This document shows positions 29,097-39,002 of a DNA stretch of 64,000 bases, piece after piece (the first letter of the stretch is position 1; every line of letters begins with the position of its first letter). Under the pieces are notes generated by a model. That model was not told the DNA's origin. It did not search any database and saw only the letters and a list, made by a program, of their open reading frames with translations. The stretch comes from Candidatus Thalassarchaeum betae. GTDB taxonomy: Archaea; Thermoplasmatota; Poseidoniia; Poseidoniales; Thalassarchaeaceae. The stretch spans positions 51,720-115,719 of the forward strand of contig PSPG01000004.1 in NCBI GenBank assembly GCA_003193925.1, given 5' to 3'. A program made the translations under genes and the position numbers.

Positions 29097-29233
29097 ACGC
29101 CGACGAACGCGGCCAACTTGGTCAAATCGGCCCTATCAGTGAAATTGCTCAGGTACCAGGTGGACAATCCCGCTATGGCACAGACCAGCAGCAATAGCTC
29201 ACTGCCTGCTGGCAATGTCTCCAACTGGATCCC

Positions 29234-29785
29234 TCAACGATTGCCTCGAAGGTACTCAGCAGTCTTGACGACGGAGGCAACGAGGTCGCGGACCCTCTGA
29301 TCCAACTTCTCGTCCATCAGATTTCCGTCATCGTCGAAGGCACTCTTCACGTTTCCCACCGCCACCTGCTCTGGAACAGCCCAGCCATGAATCCACCTGA
29401 CTGCAATGCGCATATGATTCAGGGTGTTGGAGTTAGACTGTCCGCCCAGCGTGCTCATCAGTCCGAAAGCCTTGTCTGTGGTCTGATCGAAAGAGAGGAA
29501 GTCCAAATGGTTCTTCATCACCCCACTCATGGTACCGTGATACTCCGGACTGGAGAGGATGAAAGCGTCCGAGGAGGATGCTAGTCCCGTATATTCCTCG
29601 ACAACAGGATGCGACCAGCAGCCATCCTCGCCGAGGAAGGGGAGCGTGTTCAAGGAATTGTCCCATAGTACGGTCTCAGCGCCTAGCTCCTCACAGTACC
29701 CCAACGCGATCTCCAACATGCGGCCATTGGCCGTATCGGGGCTATAGGTCCCGCATATCCCCATCACTCGTACAGGCTCCGCCAT
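29234..29785 (-). CDS. NAD(P)H-dependent FMN reductase (flavodoxin-like fold)
   Basis: 'VRVMGICGTYSP…' is followed by a flavodoxin-like region typical of SsuE/YieF/ArsH-type FMN reductases. Start placed at the internal Met (MAEPVRV…). Confidence 0.7.
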   Translation of the reverse strand: MAEPVRVMGICGTYSPDTANGRMLEIALGYCEELGAETVLWDNSLNTLPFLGEDGCWSHPVVEEYTGLASSSDAFILSSPEYHGTMSGVMKNHLDFLSFDQTTDKAFGLMSTLGGQSNSNTLNHMRIAVRWIHGWAVPEQVAVGNVKSAFDDDGNLMDEKLDQRVRDLVASVVKTAEYLRGNR

Positions 29786-29877
29786 GCTTACACGAAGGCG
29801 TGATTCGCCTTCAATACAGAGGTATAGCATCGGTCAAGTTCGGCGAATGCTTAACTTATGTGCACTAAGGCGATGGC

Positions 29878-31650
29878 GTGGTCGAAACACCGATATCAAA
29901 GGTGCTGGAAGAAGCCTCTTACAAGGCTAGAGCAGATGATATCCTCGGTGCTGTTGAATTATACCGCAAAGCCACCGAATTGGATGGCTCTAGCGCCTCC
30001 GCCTGGTATGGCCTAGCGGTGATGCAATCCAAGCGTGGAAACACTGCTGATGCAGTCTCCGCGTTCGAGCGGGCACACGATCTAAAACCCGACCATGCAC
30101 CAACCTCCGCTAATCTGGCCGTCTTACTGGAATCGAGGAATCCGGTCAGAGCCGCCAGCTTAGCGAAGTTGGCCCTGAAGACGTTGTCGGATGTCGAGGA
30201 ACTGACTAGGATCGCAGAGAGGCACCCTCCTGAGGAACCGCTGATCTTGCCGGCACGGATTGTAGAAAAGCAGGTGCAAGAAGTGATTCCACATCCACCT
30301 ATGCTCGACTCAAAGCCAGTCGATGAAGAGCCTCTCATGCTGGAAGCGACTCCGGTACTGGCTGACATTGCCGACGTCGCCGAACATGCCGCTGAACTAG
30401 CACGTGAAGGCGAGTTTCAAGAGTCTCTGAATCTAATTCAACCGAGACTGGAAAGTGATGCCTCCGGCAATTCCTCCCTGTGGGCCCTGTGCGGCGTCTG
30501 CCTGTCCCAGTTGGATCATGTCGAAGATGCCATCCAGGCTATCGAATACGCCATTTCCATTGGTGAGGATTCGGCAAAGGCTCACTTCAATCTGGCTCAG
30601 TTACTGAGAAAGTTAGGCCGAAACGATGCCGCAATGCAATCACTCGCTAATGCGCTGTTATCCGACCCTTCGCACATCAACAGTCTAGTTGCGAGAGGGG
30701 AGATTTTCCTAGAGAGGGGAGAAGATGATTTGGCTGTTCAAAATTGGGAGAGGGTCGTTGCAATGGAACCAGAGCATCCGATATCCATTGAGATTGAGAA
30801 TCTCAAACTGTCTGATGATGCAACCGATGACGATAGTGAAGAGGTGGTCAAGGACGAAGTTGAGAAACAATCTGCTGAGTCTGATGAGGATGCACCTATT
30901 CCCTTCGTTGAGACTCGTTCCTTCAAGATTGACAAGGCAAGGGAACTCACAGACTCTGGGGATCACGTCGGTGCTGTGAACGCTTGGAAAGACCTCCTGC
31001 TTGATGACAACAGCTCACCCGAGGTATGGCACGGGCTAGCCGACGCGCTTTCTGTCGCTGGCCACATCGACAGAGCGCACCAGTGCAGACAGAGGGCAAA
31101 TGCAATCGAAGAGGAAACTCAGAACGAAGAGAAGAGAAAGGAGGCCGTATCCGAAGCGGATCTGGTAGAAGCCGCCATTATGGCCGAGGGAAAGGCCAGC
31201 CATCTCCCCCCAAGTGAGGAGGAGAGCGTCAATGTGGCGATCGAATGGTACAACAATGGCCTCAACCTGTTGACCGAGGAGAACAGTCTTGAGGCACTGA
31301 ACTGCTTTGAGAAGGCGATTGGCGGAGCTCCAAGGGAGGAAAGGGAACTGCGTGTTCGCGCCCAGAATGGAAGGGGGCACGCGCTGTACCAATTACGCCG
31401 GTACCCTGAGAGCATACAGGCTTACCATGCTGCGATAACGATGGATCCCGCAGGTGTCACTGGCAGGGCACTGTACAATATGGGATCGTCGTACGCTGCA
31501 GTCGAGTTATACGCCGATGCCATCAAGTGCTTCGAGCAGGCACTAGGAAGGGGTTTGGATACCGAGGATGTAACTATCTGCAAGACTCAAATCAACCGTT
31601 GCAGATTGTTGCACAAGGAGCAGGAGAAACGGCGTAGGGCCACGGCCTAG
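29878..31650 (+). CDS. Tetratricopeptide-repeat protein
   Basis: 590 aa with multiple TPR-like 34-residue repeats (W-LG-Y…A…F…A…P motifs) at both ends and an acidic linker. Confidence 0.7.
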   Translation: MVETPISKVLEEASYKARADDILGAVELYRKATELDGSSASAWYGLAVMQSKRGNTADAVSAFERAHDLKPDHAPTSANLAVLLESRNPVRAASLAKLALKTLSDVEELTRIAERHPPEEPLILPARIVEKQVQEVIPHPPMLDSKPVDEEPLMLEATPVLADIADVAEHAAELAREGEFQESLNLIQPRLESDASGNSSLWALCGVCLSQLDHVEDAIQAIEYAISIGEDSAKAHFNLAQLLRKLGRNDAAMQSLANALLSDPSHINSLVARGEIFLERGEDDLAVQNWERVVAMEPEHPISIEIENLKLSDDATDDDSEEVVKDEVEKQSAESDEDAPIPFVETRSFKIDKARELTDSGDHVGAVNAWKDLLLDDNSSPEVWHGLADALSVAGHIDRAHQCRQRANAIEEETQNEEKRKEAVSEADLVEAAIMAEGKASHLPPSEEESVNVAIEWYNNGLNLLTEENSLEALNCFEKAIGGAPREERELRVRAQNGRGHALYQLRRYPESIQAYHAAITMDPAGVTGRALYNMGSSYAAVELYADAIKCFEQALGRGLDTEDVTICKTQINRCRLLHKEQEKRRRATA

Positions 31651-33929
31651 TCGGAACCTCGTATTGACACAACGACCGATTTGCTGGTCGGTGTATTGCT
31701 GCCTTCGGCCACGCTGTCTAGTGGGACCAGCACATTGGCCTCGGGAAAATAAGTGGCGATGTTGCCCTTTGGAATATCATATGGGACGAGGTACCAATTC
31801 GGTGCATGCCGTTCACTTCCTTCGAAATGAGATGTCAGGTCAACCAAGTCACCTTCGGACCAGCCGTTTTCATCAATGTCAGACTGATTCATCAGAACGA
31901 CTCTCCGGCCCTTGTTGATACCCCTATACCTATCATCCAGACCATACACCGTAGTATTATACTGGTCGTGTGAGCGTATTGTCATCATCAGGAACTGGCC
32001 TGTATCGGCTGTAGCGCCAGAAATGTCGTGAACCCGGAAGTTCGCGTACCCCGTATCGGTGTTGAACGTCCTGCTGTCCCTGGGTGCGTTGGGTAGATAG
32101 AAGCCACCGTCGGACCTAACTCTCTCGTTGTATCCCTCGAATCCCGGGATGCTGGCTTCAATCAGGCCCCTGACCATATCATAGTCCTTTGAGAGGTCCT
32201 GCCAGGCGATCCCACTTCTCCCGATTCTTGTATCCAAAGTACTCGCGATGCCGCAAATGATCGATGGCTCTGACCTCAGGAAAGGAGAGGCTGGCGTGGA
32301 AGAGCCCTTGGACGAGTGAACGATCCCCATGGAGTTCTCGACAGAGACGAACTGCTCGCCACGGTCAGTCAAGTCGGTTTCAGAGCGACCCAGACAAGGC
32401 AGTATCAATGCGGTCCGGCCGGTGATCAAATGTGATCGATTGGGTTTGGTTGAGACCTGAACCGTGAGAGAGCAGTTGCTGAGAGCCGAAGCGGTGGCTT
32501 TCGTATCCGACATCGCAGAGACGAAGTTACCGCCCATCGATAGGAACACCTTGGCAACGCCATCGCGCATCGACTTCACCGCGCGAACTGAATCCACCCC
32601 AGGCTTCGAGGGAGGGATGATGCCGGTGGAGTCGTGCAGGTCCGAGAGGAACTTGTCTGAAGGATTGTGATTGATGCCAACGGTACGATCACCTTGGACA
32701 TTCGAATGTCCGCGGACGGGACAGACACCCGCTCCAGGCCGACCGATGTGCCCCCCCAGCAATAGCAGGTTGGTTATCTCCTGAATAATGGCGACCGAAT
32801 TACGATGCTGAGTCAGGCCCATTGCCCAGCAGACAATTGTGGATTTAGACTTGGAGACGATTGCACCGAGATTGGAGATCACTTCTAGATTGACTCCAGA
32901 GCCCGATATGATAGACCCCCATGAAGTGGACTCCACGGTTCTCCGGTAATCAGCGAATCCACGGGTGTGAGTGGCGATGAATTCCTTGTCCAATGCCTCC
33001 CTCTGCAATACGGTTTTCGCAAGACCCCTGAACAAGGAAAAGTCGCCGTTGACCCTGACGGATATATGCTCGTCTGCAATCGAAGTACCGCTACCCAGCA
33101 GTTCCAGAGGAGCCTGTGGGTGCTTGAAGCGCTTCATGCCGGTTTCAAACAACGGGTTAATGCTGATTACCGAAGCGCCGGCACGCTTGGCGTCCCTCAG
33201 TGCTGTCAGCATTCTAGGGTGATTGGAGCCAGGATTCTGCCCGGCTACGATAATTAAATCGGCCTTGGTGAAGTCATCGAGGGTTACTGTGCCCTTGCTG
33301 ATGCCTATCGAGTCGTGCAAAGCGACGCTGGACGACTCGTGGCACATGTTCGAGCAGTCGGGCAGGTTGTTGGTTCCGAACCTACGGGCCAGCAACTGCC
33401 AGAGGAAGGCGGCCTCGTTGCTGGTCCTGCCCGAAGTGTAGAATATCGCTTGGTCCGGATCTTCTAGGCTTTGCAACTCATCAGATATGACGTCGAATGC
33501 CTCATCCCATGACAGTTTAGCGTAGTAATCGGAGCCCGATCTGAGGATCATAGGATGAGTGAGTCTACCTTGGGAGTTCAGCCACTGGTCTGACTTCCGA
33601 GACAATTCACCTACTGACCACTTGGACCAAAACTCGGGTGATGCCCTCTTTCTGGTGCCCTCGTCCGCGACAGCCTTAGCGCCATTCTCACAGAACTCCG
33701 CAACGGTCCTGTGCCCATCAGGGTCAGGCCACGCGCAACCAGGACAGTCAAAGCCATCGAACCTGTTGACAGAGGTGAAGTTTCTGAAGGACGCCAAGGA
33801 ACCCATTCTGCTGAGACCGTGAGACAGAGTAGAAATAACCGCAGGTATGCCGGCTGCGACTTCCTTCGGTTTGGACAGCCTAGGAGGTGATGGCTCGAGC
33901 GGTGTGAGACCTTCGACGTCCCTCCCCAT
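31647..33929 (-). CDS. Molybdopterin oxidoreductase alpha subunit, FdhF/YdeP-like formate-dehydrogenase-family enzyme
   Basis: 760 aa. An N-terminal Cys cluster (C-x2-C…'CPGCAWPDPD') and molybdopterin-binding domains similar to YdeP/FdhF-type proteins are present. fdhD lies just downstream. Confidence 0.7.
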   Translation of the reverse strand: MGRDVEGLTPLEPSPPRLSKPKEVAAGIPAVISTLSHGLSRMGSLASFRNFTSVNRFDGFDCPGCAWPDPDGHRTVAEFCENGAKAVADEGTRKRASPEFWSKWSVGELSRKSDQWLNSQGRLTHPMILRSGSDYYAKLSWDEAFDVISDELQSLEDPDQAIFYTSGRTSNEAAFLWQLLARRFGTNNLPDCSNMCHESSSVALHDSIGISKGTVTLDDFTKADLIIVAGQNPGSNHPRMLTALRDAKRAGASVISINPLFETGMKRFKHPQAPLELLGSGTSIADEHISVRVNGDFSLFRGLAKTVLQREALDKEFIATHTRGFADYRRTVESTSWGSIISGSGVNLEVISNLGAIVSKSKSTIVCWAMGLTQHRNSVAIIQEITNLLLLGGHIGRPGAGVCPVRGHSNVQGDRTVGINHNPSDKFLSDLHDSTGIIPPSKPGVDSVRAVKSMRDGVAKVFLSMGGNFVSAMSDTKATASALSNCSLTVQVSTKPNRSHLITGRTALILPCLGRSETDLTDRGEQFVSVENSMGIVHSSKGSSTPASPFLRSEPSIICGIASTLDTRIGRSGIAWQDLSKDYDMVRGLIEASIPGFEGYNERVRSDGGFYLPNAPRDSRTFNTDTGYANFRVHDISGATADTGQFLMMTIRSHDQYNTTVYGLDDRYRGINKGRRVVLMNQSDIDENGWSEGDLVDLTSHFEGSERHAPNWYLVPYDIPKGNIATYFPEANVLVPLDSVAEGSNTPTSKSVVVSIRGSD

Positions 33930-33974
33930 GCATCGTCAAAGGTGGTCGTGATACATCAGCGTCACGCAAGACGC

Positions 33975-34790
33975 CTATCCAGAACTGCCGTTGGCCACCC
34001 TTCGATTGCCGCTGAACACGGTCATCCTGTCGTCCCTGGCAAATCCGATTAACGTCATGCCATGCTCGTTTGCTAAATCAACGGCCAGGGTGCTGGGAGC
34101 GCCTACGGCGATGAAAATCGGGAAACCGGCCCTCAGTGCCTTCTGAACCAATTCGAATGAAGCCCTGCCTGAGACGACTACCATCTCATTGCAGATTGGC
34201 AACTGGTCGCTGCCCATGGCAGCTCCGACGAGCTTATCCATGGCGTTGTGGCGTCCGATGTCCTCGGAAATGTCAATGATCCCTCCAGAAGGGCTCACCC
34301 TGGCGCAGGCATGAGTACCGCCTGTGAGTTCGAATATCTTCTGATTGCTCCTGAGTCCGGATATCGCGAGAGAAACCTCGGATTGACCTACTACGATCTC
34401 CTCGCTGAGCGGGGGACCGTGGATGTGCAGGAGAGTGGAAATGGACTCTCTGCCACAGACCCCGCAAGATGAGGTAGTGGTCGTCCTCCTGATGTGTTCG
34501 GAAGGGGCGAATGAAGCACCTTCTGAGAGGTGGATTTCGATCGCGGCTGATGACTCCTCGACTCTCTCGACATCCGACATCGTGTCTATGATGCCCTCTG
34601 AGAGTAGCAGACCGAGCACCAGATTCTCATCCTGCCCCGGAGTTCGCATCGTGAGGCCGAGGGAGTGCGGCTCTGAATCGGGTGCGTGGACAGAGATAGA
34701 GAGAGCGGCTTCCACAGAAACCGCGTCTGGCTCGCGAGTGGTCTTCCCCCCCATTACCCTTGAGACAGGCCTCTGCTCGATGCCGTCCAT
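33975..34790 (-). CDS. fdhD: Formate dehydrogenase accessory sulfurtransferase FdhD
   Basis: 'SCGVCGRESI', 'DIGRHNAMDKLVGA' and the C-terminal 'VVVSGRASFELVQKALRAGFPIFIAVGAPSTLAVDLA' match FdhD. The ORF opens at 35297; I place the start at the Met at 34790, giving 272 aa. Confidence 0.8.
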   Translation of the reverse strand: MDGIEQRPVSRVMGGKTTREPDAVSVEAALSISVHAPDSEPHSLGLTMRTPGQDENLVLGLLLSEGIIDTMSDVERVEESSAAIEIHLSEGASFAPSEHIRRTTTTSSCGVCGRESISTLLHIHGPPLSEEIVVGQSEVSLAISGLRSNQKIFELTGGTHACARVSPSGGIIDISEDIGRHNAMDKLVGAAMGSDQLPICNEMVVVSGRASFELVQKALRAGFPIFIAVGAPSTLAVDLANEHGMTLIGFARDDRMTVFSGNRRVANGSSG

Positions 34791-34880
34791 GTCCCGCGTA
34801 GTGCATCCAGCGTATTGGGTTATGGCTGATGCAGCGAAGAATCTGCAACCGTTCAAATACCACTGCCTGAAGGGCATGGT

Positions 34881-35267
34881 GTGAGCATCCTTGGTGGAGA
34901 CGGTTTCACTCTCCCTATCCTGACTCCGGTCGAGGTCGTGAATGTCGAAATTGAATTCACTGACTCGGCGAAAGCGGCGATGATGAAGAACATGGACGGC
35001 GACGAAGGCTCTCATGTGCTGATTATCAGCGCCCAATCCGGCGGTTGCTCGGGATTCATGTATGACATGGCGATAGCAGATGACCCCGACGATCCCAATT
35101 TCCAGCGCATAGATGCCGATGGGATTACCGTGCTGGTGCACAACAAGGATAGTCCGCTCCTGAATGGCATTCGCGTCGACTTCAAGGACACCCTCATGGG
35201 AGGGGGCTTCCAGATTGACAACCCCAATGCAGACAGGTCCTGCGGATGCGGCCAGTCCTTTGGTTGA
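34881..35267 (+). CDS. A-type Fe-S cluster carrier (IscA/HesB/ErpA family)
   Basis: 'SGGCSGFMY' and the C-terminal 'CGCGQSF' are the three conserved cluster-ligating cysteines of the HesB/IscA family. Confidence 0.75.
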   Translation: MSILGGDGFTLPILTPVEVVNVEIEFTDSAKAAMMKNMDGDEGSHVLIISAQSGGCSGFMYDMAIADDPDDPNFQRIDADGITVLVHNKDSPLLNGIRVDFKDTLMGGGFQIDNPNADRSCGCGQSFG

Positions 35268-35273
35268 GGTCTC

Positions 35274-36188
35274 ATGTCCGGTGAGGGATTTCTCCACCCC
35301 CTAGCAGAGGTGTTCGTGGTACCATCTAGCATCAGCGTGGTAAAGGGAGCGGACGGCTTGGAGCACCTGAATCGGACCTTGACTGCCGACGTTTCAGGAT
35401 TGCGACTGCAAGGGAGGCAGGATGCACTGCTGTGCAATGCAAATGGCAGGATATTGGATCACCTGATTCTGTGCAACCTCGGAGAGCAGGTGATTCTGGT
35501 GGGGAACCATGGTACTGGCGACGAAACTCGTCAACAGTTGCTCCAAGGAGTGGCTTGGGACGAAGAAGTGACTGTCATGAACGCTGACGGAGCGATTGGG
35601 CACCTGAGGCTCCTAGGGAAGGCAGTCGACCGATGCCTAGTGGGATTGGGTATCGACCCGTCAGAAATCGATTCGCAATCTTGGACAGAATTCGGCAGTG
35701 CTCTGATATCTCGGACAGACGTCGGCGATTCAGCGATTACGGAGATCCTCGTCCCCTCAGTAGAGTTGGAATCACTGGTCGAATCACTGGTCGTCAACGG
35801 AGCAAAAACCATGGATTCAGCCAGATGGAGTGAGCTCCGCATCAGATTGGGCATTTTGGAACGCAGTGAGATGAATTCGTCCAACCTCCCCTTCGAACTC
35901 GGTCTGCACGAACTGATCGAACTTGACAAGGGATGCTACCCCGGACAGGAGATTCACGCTAGGATGGAAAGCAGAGGGAGAATCTCGAGGACGCTGGTGC
36001 GGCTTTTCTCCGATCTCCCCCTTCCCATAGGCAAGCACGTGTCCCCTAATGTTGGGAGGATCACTGTAACCTCATACGCCGAACACGAAGGAGGGGTCGT
36101 CGCCCTTGCCATCATACCCAATGAAGCAAGGGAATTGGAGGAACTGGTATTCGAAGATGGTTCCCTGGTGAAGGTGGAACTAATCTGA
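35274..36188 (+). CDS. YgfZ/GcvT-like folate-binding protein (Fe-S cluster assembly/repair factor)
   Basis: 'KGCYPGQE' is the YgfZ-family signature (KGC[YF]xGQE), within an aminomethyltransferase-like fold. It lies immediately downstream of the IscA-like gene. Confidence 0.7.
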   Translation: MSGEGFLHPLAEVFVVPSSISVVKGADGLEHLNRTLTADVSGLRLQGRQDALLCNANGRILDHLILCNLGEQVILVGNHGTGDETRQQLLQGVAWDEEVTVMNADGAIGHLRLLGKAVDRCLVGLGIDPSEIDSQSWTEFGSALISRTDVGDSAITEILVPSVELESLVESLVVNGAKTMDSARWSELRIRLGILERSEMNSSNLPFELGLHELIELDKGCYPGQEIHARMESRGRISRTLVRLFSDLPLPIGKHVSPNVGRITVTSYAEHEGGVVALAIIPNEARELEELVFEDGSLVKVELI

Positions 36189-37259
36189 AGTGTCATCGCT
36201 CTCAAACTCAAACACCTCCCCCCTCTCCAACCATTCTGACAGAGGCATCAGCGGGGAGATGCGAAGCGAGCCCAGGTTTCGAGTGAATAGGTACAAAGTC
36301 GGGTCGTAATACTCGACCATCTGGTTCTGGAACGCCCTGCGCACCGATGCGGCACGGGAGCGGAAGAAACCCAACTCCACTGTGACACCGATGATGGTGG
36401 CTGTATAGAGCACGAGAAGAACGCTGAGAGAGAATACCACCGGGTCCCCGAACAAGTCATCCGTGCGTAACTGGCTACCATACAGCAGTTGTCTGGATAG
36501 TAGGAACACGAGCCCGACACCGACCAACGGCCCCAACGCGTCTTCGACGAATGCGTCCATCGGAGTCAATCGTCTCGTGGTGGGATCTGCGAATACCAGT
36601 GCATTGGCGGTTGCTGCACGGACAACTGATGTGATTGAGACCAGTACGATGTATACGGCTCCACTGAGCAGGAGAATGCCTCTTGCGTCAAGGGGGAGAT
36701 ACAGTACGACGAGGTAGGCGAATAACCCCAGAAACACTGTGATAGGCAGCCTGTGTACAGAAATCAGTACGCGATCAAGCTCTTTGGCGCCATCGTCCAG
36801 TCTGGGGATGCCTATGATCTCCCATCTGGTGATGCCCTGGATTATCTTGGCGACCAGGGACAAGGCCCTCTTGTCAATCAATACCCACTCGATAGCCCTG
36901 AGTACGGGCATCAGGGGAATAGCGATAATCGCAGCGAAAAAACCGAGGACCGGCCAGACGATCAAACTCGGGAGCAGGATGAAGTGCTGCATCCTCAGAG
37001 GGTGCAGCAGATCGGATTCGATTCGAGCCTGCCGCTCTGGATCTATCAGGAACCTCCTCGCCTCGGCATCCAGTTCTGCTCTGTACCTCCTCAGCGGGAT
37101 GCCGGCGTCAAGCACCCTCCTGATCTTCTCTCTGTAGTGCTCGTGTTCCGGCTCGGTGCCAACCCACCAGCGCCAACCCAGAGACAGTGGCAAAGCTAGG
37201 AACAACGGCGATAGGAGTATCAATACTGAGGTGAGCAGCGCCTCAGGGGTTGCAACCAC
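36180..37259 (-). CDS. Hypothetical polytopic membrane protein
   Basis: 359 aa with multiple hydrophobic helices and no recognised family. Confidence 0.5.
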   Translation of the reverse strand: MVATPEALLTSVLILLSPLFLALPLSLGWRWWVGTEPEHEHYREKIRRVLDAGIPLRRYRAELDAEARRFLIDPERQARIESDLLHPLRMQHFILLPSLIVWPVLGFFAAIIAIPLMPVLRAIEWVLIDKRALSLVAKIIQGITRWEIIGIPRLDDGAKELDRVLISVHRLPITVFLGLFAYLVVLYLPLDARGILLLSGAVYIVLVSITSVVRAATANALVFADPTTRRLTPMDAFVEDALGPLVGVGLVFLLSRQLLYGSQLRTDDLFGDPVVFSLSVLLVLYTATIIGVTVELGFFRSRAASVRRAFQNQMVEYYDPTLYLFTRNLGSLRISPLMPLSEWLERGEVFEFESDDTSD

Positions 37260-37319
37260 GCTCTCTGGTCACTACTCCCCCCAATAATGAAACGGTGCGC
37301 GATGCGAGGCGGACTTGAA

Positions 37320-37913
37320 TCACTGACCATCGGCGTAGCGACGGGAGACCTCTTTCCAATCAACGACGTTCCACCACGCTTCGATGTAAGACGCCCTTCC
37401 CGGGCCGTATTTCTTGTAGTAGGCATGCTCCCAGACATCGATTCCGAGAATCGGGATGCAATATCCATCCATAAGCGGATTGTCCTGATTGGGAGAAGAG
37501 CAGACGCAGAGGCCGCTCTCACGAATCCCCAGCCATGCCCAACCACTGCCGAAGCGAGTCATTGCCGCCTTGTGAAAAGCGGTTTTGAACTCCTCAAACG
37601 AGCCGAATGATGCGTCTATTGCAGATGCTAGGGCCCCGCTCGGACTCCCACCACTCGAAGGAGACATGACCTCCCAGTACTGACAGTGATTCCAGTAACC
37701 ACCACCATTGTTCCTGACTGCATTATTATCACAGTGATTAGCAAGCAGATCCTCGATTGATTTACCGGACATATCCGTGCCTTCAATAGCCGCATTCAGA
37801 TTATTTGTGTAGGCATTGTGGTGCTTGGTATGATGTATCTCCATGGTCAGAGCGTCAATGTGGGGTTCCAGTGCGTCGTATGAATAGGGCAATTCAGGCA
37901 GTTCGAATGACAT
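37320..37913 (-). CDS. sod: Superoxide dismutase (Fe/Mn family)
   Basis: 'LPELPYSYDALEPHIDALTMEIHHTKHH' and the C-terminal 'DVWEHAYY' are SOD_Fe N- and C-terminal signatures. Start placed at the internal Met (MSFELPEL…). Confidence 0.85.
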   Translation of the reverse strand: MSFELPELPYSYDALEPHIDALTMEIHHTKHHNAYTNNLNAAIEGTDMSGKSIEDLLANHCDNNAVRNNGGGYWNHCQYWEVMSPSSGGSPSGALASAIDASFGSFEEFKTAFHKAAMTRFGSGWAWLGIRESGLCVCSSPNQDNPLMDGYCIPILGIDVWEHAYYKKYGPGRASYIEAWWNVVDWKEVSRRYADGQ

Positions 37914-38008
37914 AATCTCAAATTCCCCAGCGGGCAGGAGGATATCAATTCTCTCGCAACGGTCGAAAGTGCTGTGTGGGGAACCTTGATTGAAGACCGA
38001 CATAGCCA

Positions 38009-38992
38009 GTGACCGTGGGTAGAATCGCAGTCACCGATGGGATGTCCGAGGCTGCTGTGAAGGTTCTGGAGGCAGCAGGACACGAAGTAGTGTTGCAGCA
38101 CTACACCCCGGAGGAGTTACTGTCTGGAGCGTTGGCCGATTTCGACGCAGTGGTCGTCAGGAGTGCAACGAAGATGACCGATGAGGCCATCCGCGCATCC
38201 AGAACCGAATCGGAGGGGATAGGTTTCATCGGCCGGGCCGGGGTCGGTGTGGACAATATAGACATCACAACCGCAACCGAATGCGAAGTGGTTGTCTGCA
38301 ACACACCTGGAGCATCGACCCTGAGTGTCGTGGAACTGACTATCGGCCACCTCATTGCGTCTGCACGCCATATCCCAAAGGCCGACAGAACCCTCAGATC
38401 GGGAGAATGGGCCAAGAAGTCACTAAGGGGCACCGAGATCGGGGGGAAGCGACTCGGTCTAATTGGTTACGGAAGGATTGCCAGAGGCGTCGGCGAAGTC
38501 GCAAAAGCCATGGGAATGGTGCTTCACACCTTCGACCCGTACATCAGCCGCGACGTGACCGAGGCGTCTCAATGCACTCTCCACGACGATGTGGATGACT
38601 TGTTCAGGCTCTGCACCCACATCTCCATCCACTGCAACCTCTCGCCCGAGACGCATCACCTAGTCAACTCAGAGCGATTGTCGATGATGCCAGGGGTCGG
38701 TGCAGATGGGACCATCTGCGGCAATCACATCGTCAACTGCGCCAGAGGGGGCATCGTCGACGAAGCTGCAGTACTCGCCGCCCTGGAAACAGGGCAACTG
38801 TCTTCAGCGGCTCTAGACGTATACGAAATCGAACCGCCTGCTGGCAACCCCCTACTGGAACATGCTGACTTCCACGGTTCACCCCATATAGGCGCTGCGA
38901 CCTTAGAAGCACAGGCGAGGGTGGGCGAGGAGATGGTGGGCCTTCTGATTGACTACTTCAACGACGACAGACCCGTTTCAGCCATCAACTAG
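38009..38992 (+). CDS. D-isomer-specific 2-hydroxyacid dehydrogenase (D-3-phosphoglycerate dehydrogenase-like)
   Basis: The NAD-binding 'LGLIGYGRIARGV', the catalytic region and the overall SerA/GhrA-like organisation are present. Confidence 0.75.
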   Translation: MTVGRIAVTDGMSEAAVKVLEAAGHEVVLQHYTPEELLSGALADFDAVVVRSATKMTDEAIRASRTESEGIGFIGRAGVGVDNIDITTATECEVVVCNTPGASTLSVVELTIGHLIASARHIPKADRTLRSGEWAKKSLRGTEIGGKRLGLIGYGRIARGVGEVAKAMGMVLHTFDPYISRDVTEASQCTLHDDVDDLFRLCTHISIHCNLSPETHHLVNSERLSMMPGVGADGTICGNHIVNCARGGIVDEAAVLAALETGQLSSAALDVYEIEPPAGNPLLEHADFHGSPHIGAATLEAQARVGEEMVGLLIDYFNDDRPVSAIN

Positions 38993-39002
38993 AGGGGTAG
39001 TG

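Noticed and set aside
33975-35297. Full 440-aa minus-strand ORF as an extended FdhD
   Set aside because: FdhD homology begins about residue 170, and the upstream 169 codons overlap the IscA-like gene on the other strand. The start was reassigned to 34790.
35012-35437. 141-aa minus-strand ORF overlapping the IscA and YgfZ genes
   Set aside because: It is antisense to two genes carrying diagnostic motifs (CGCG; KGCYPGQE).
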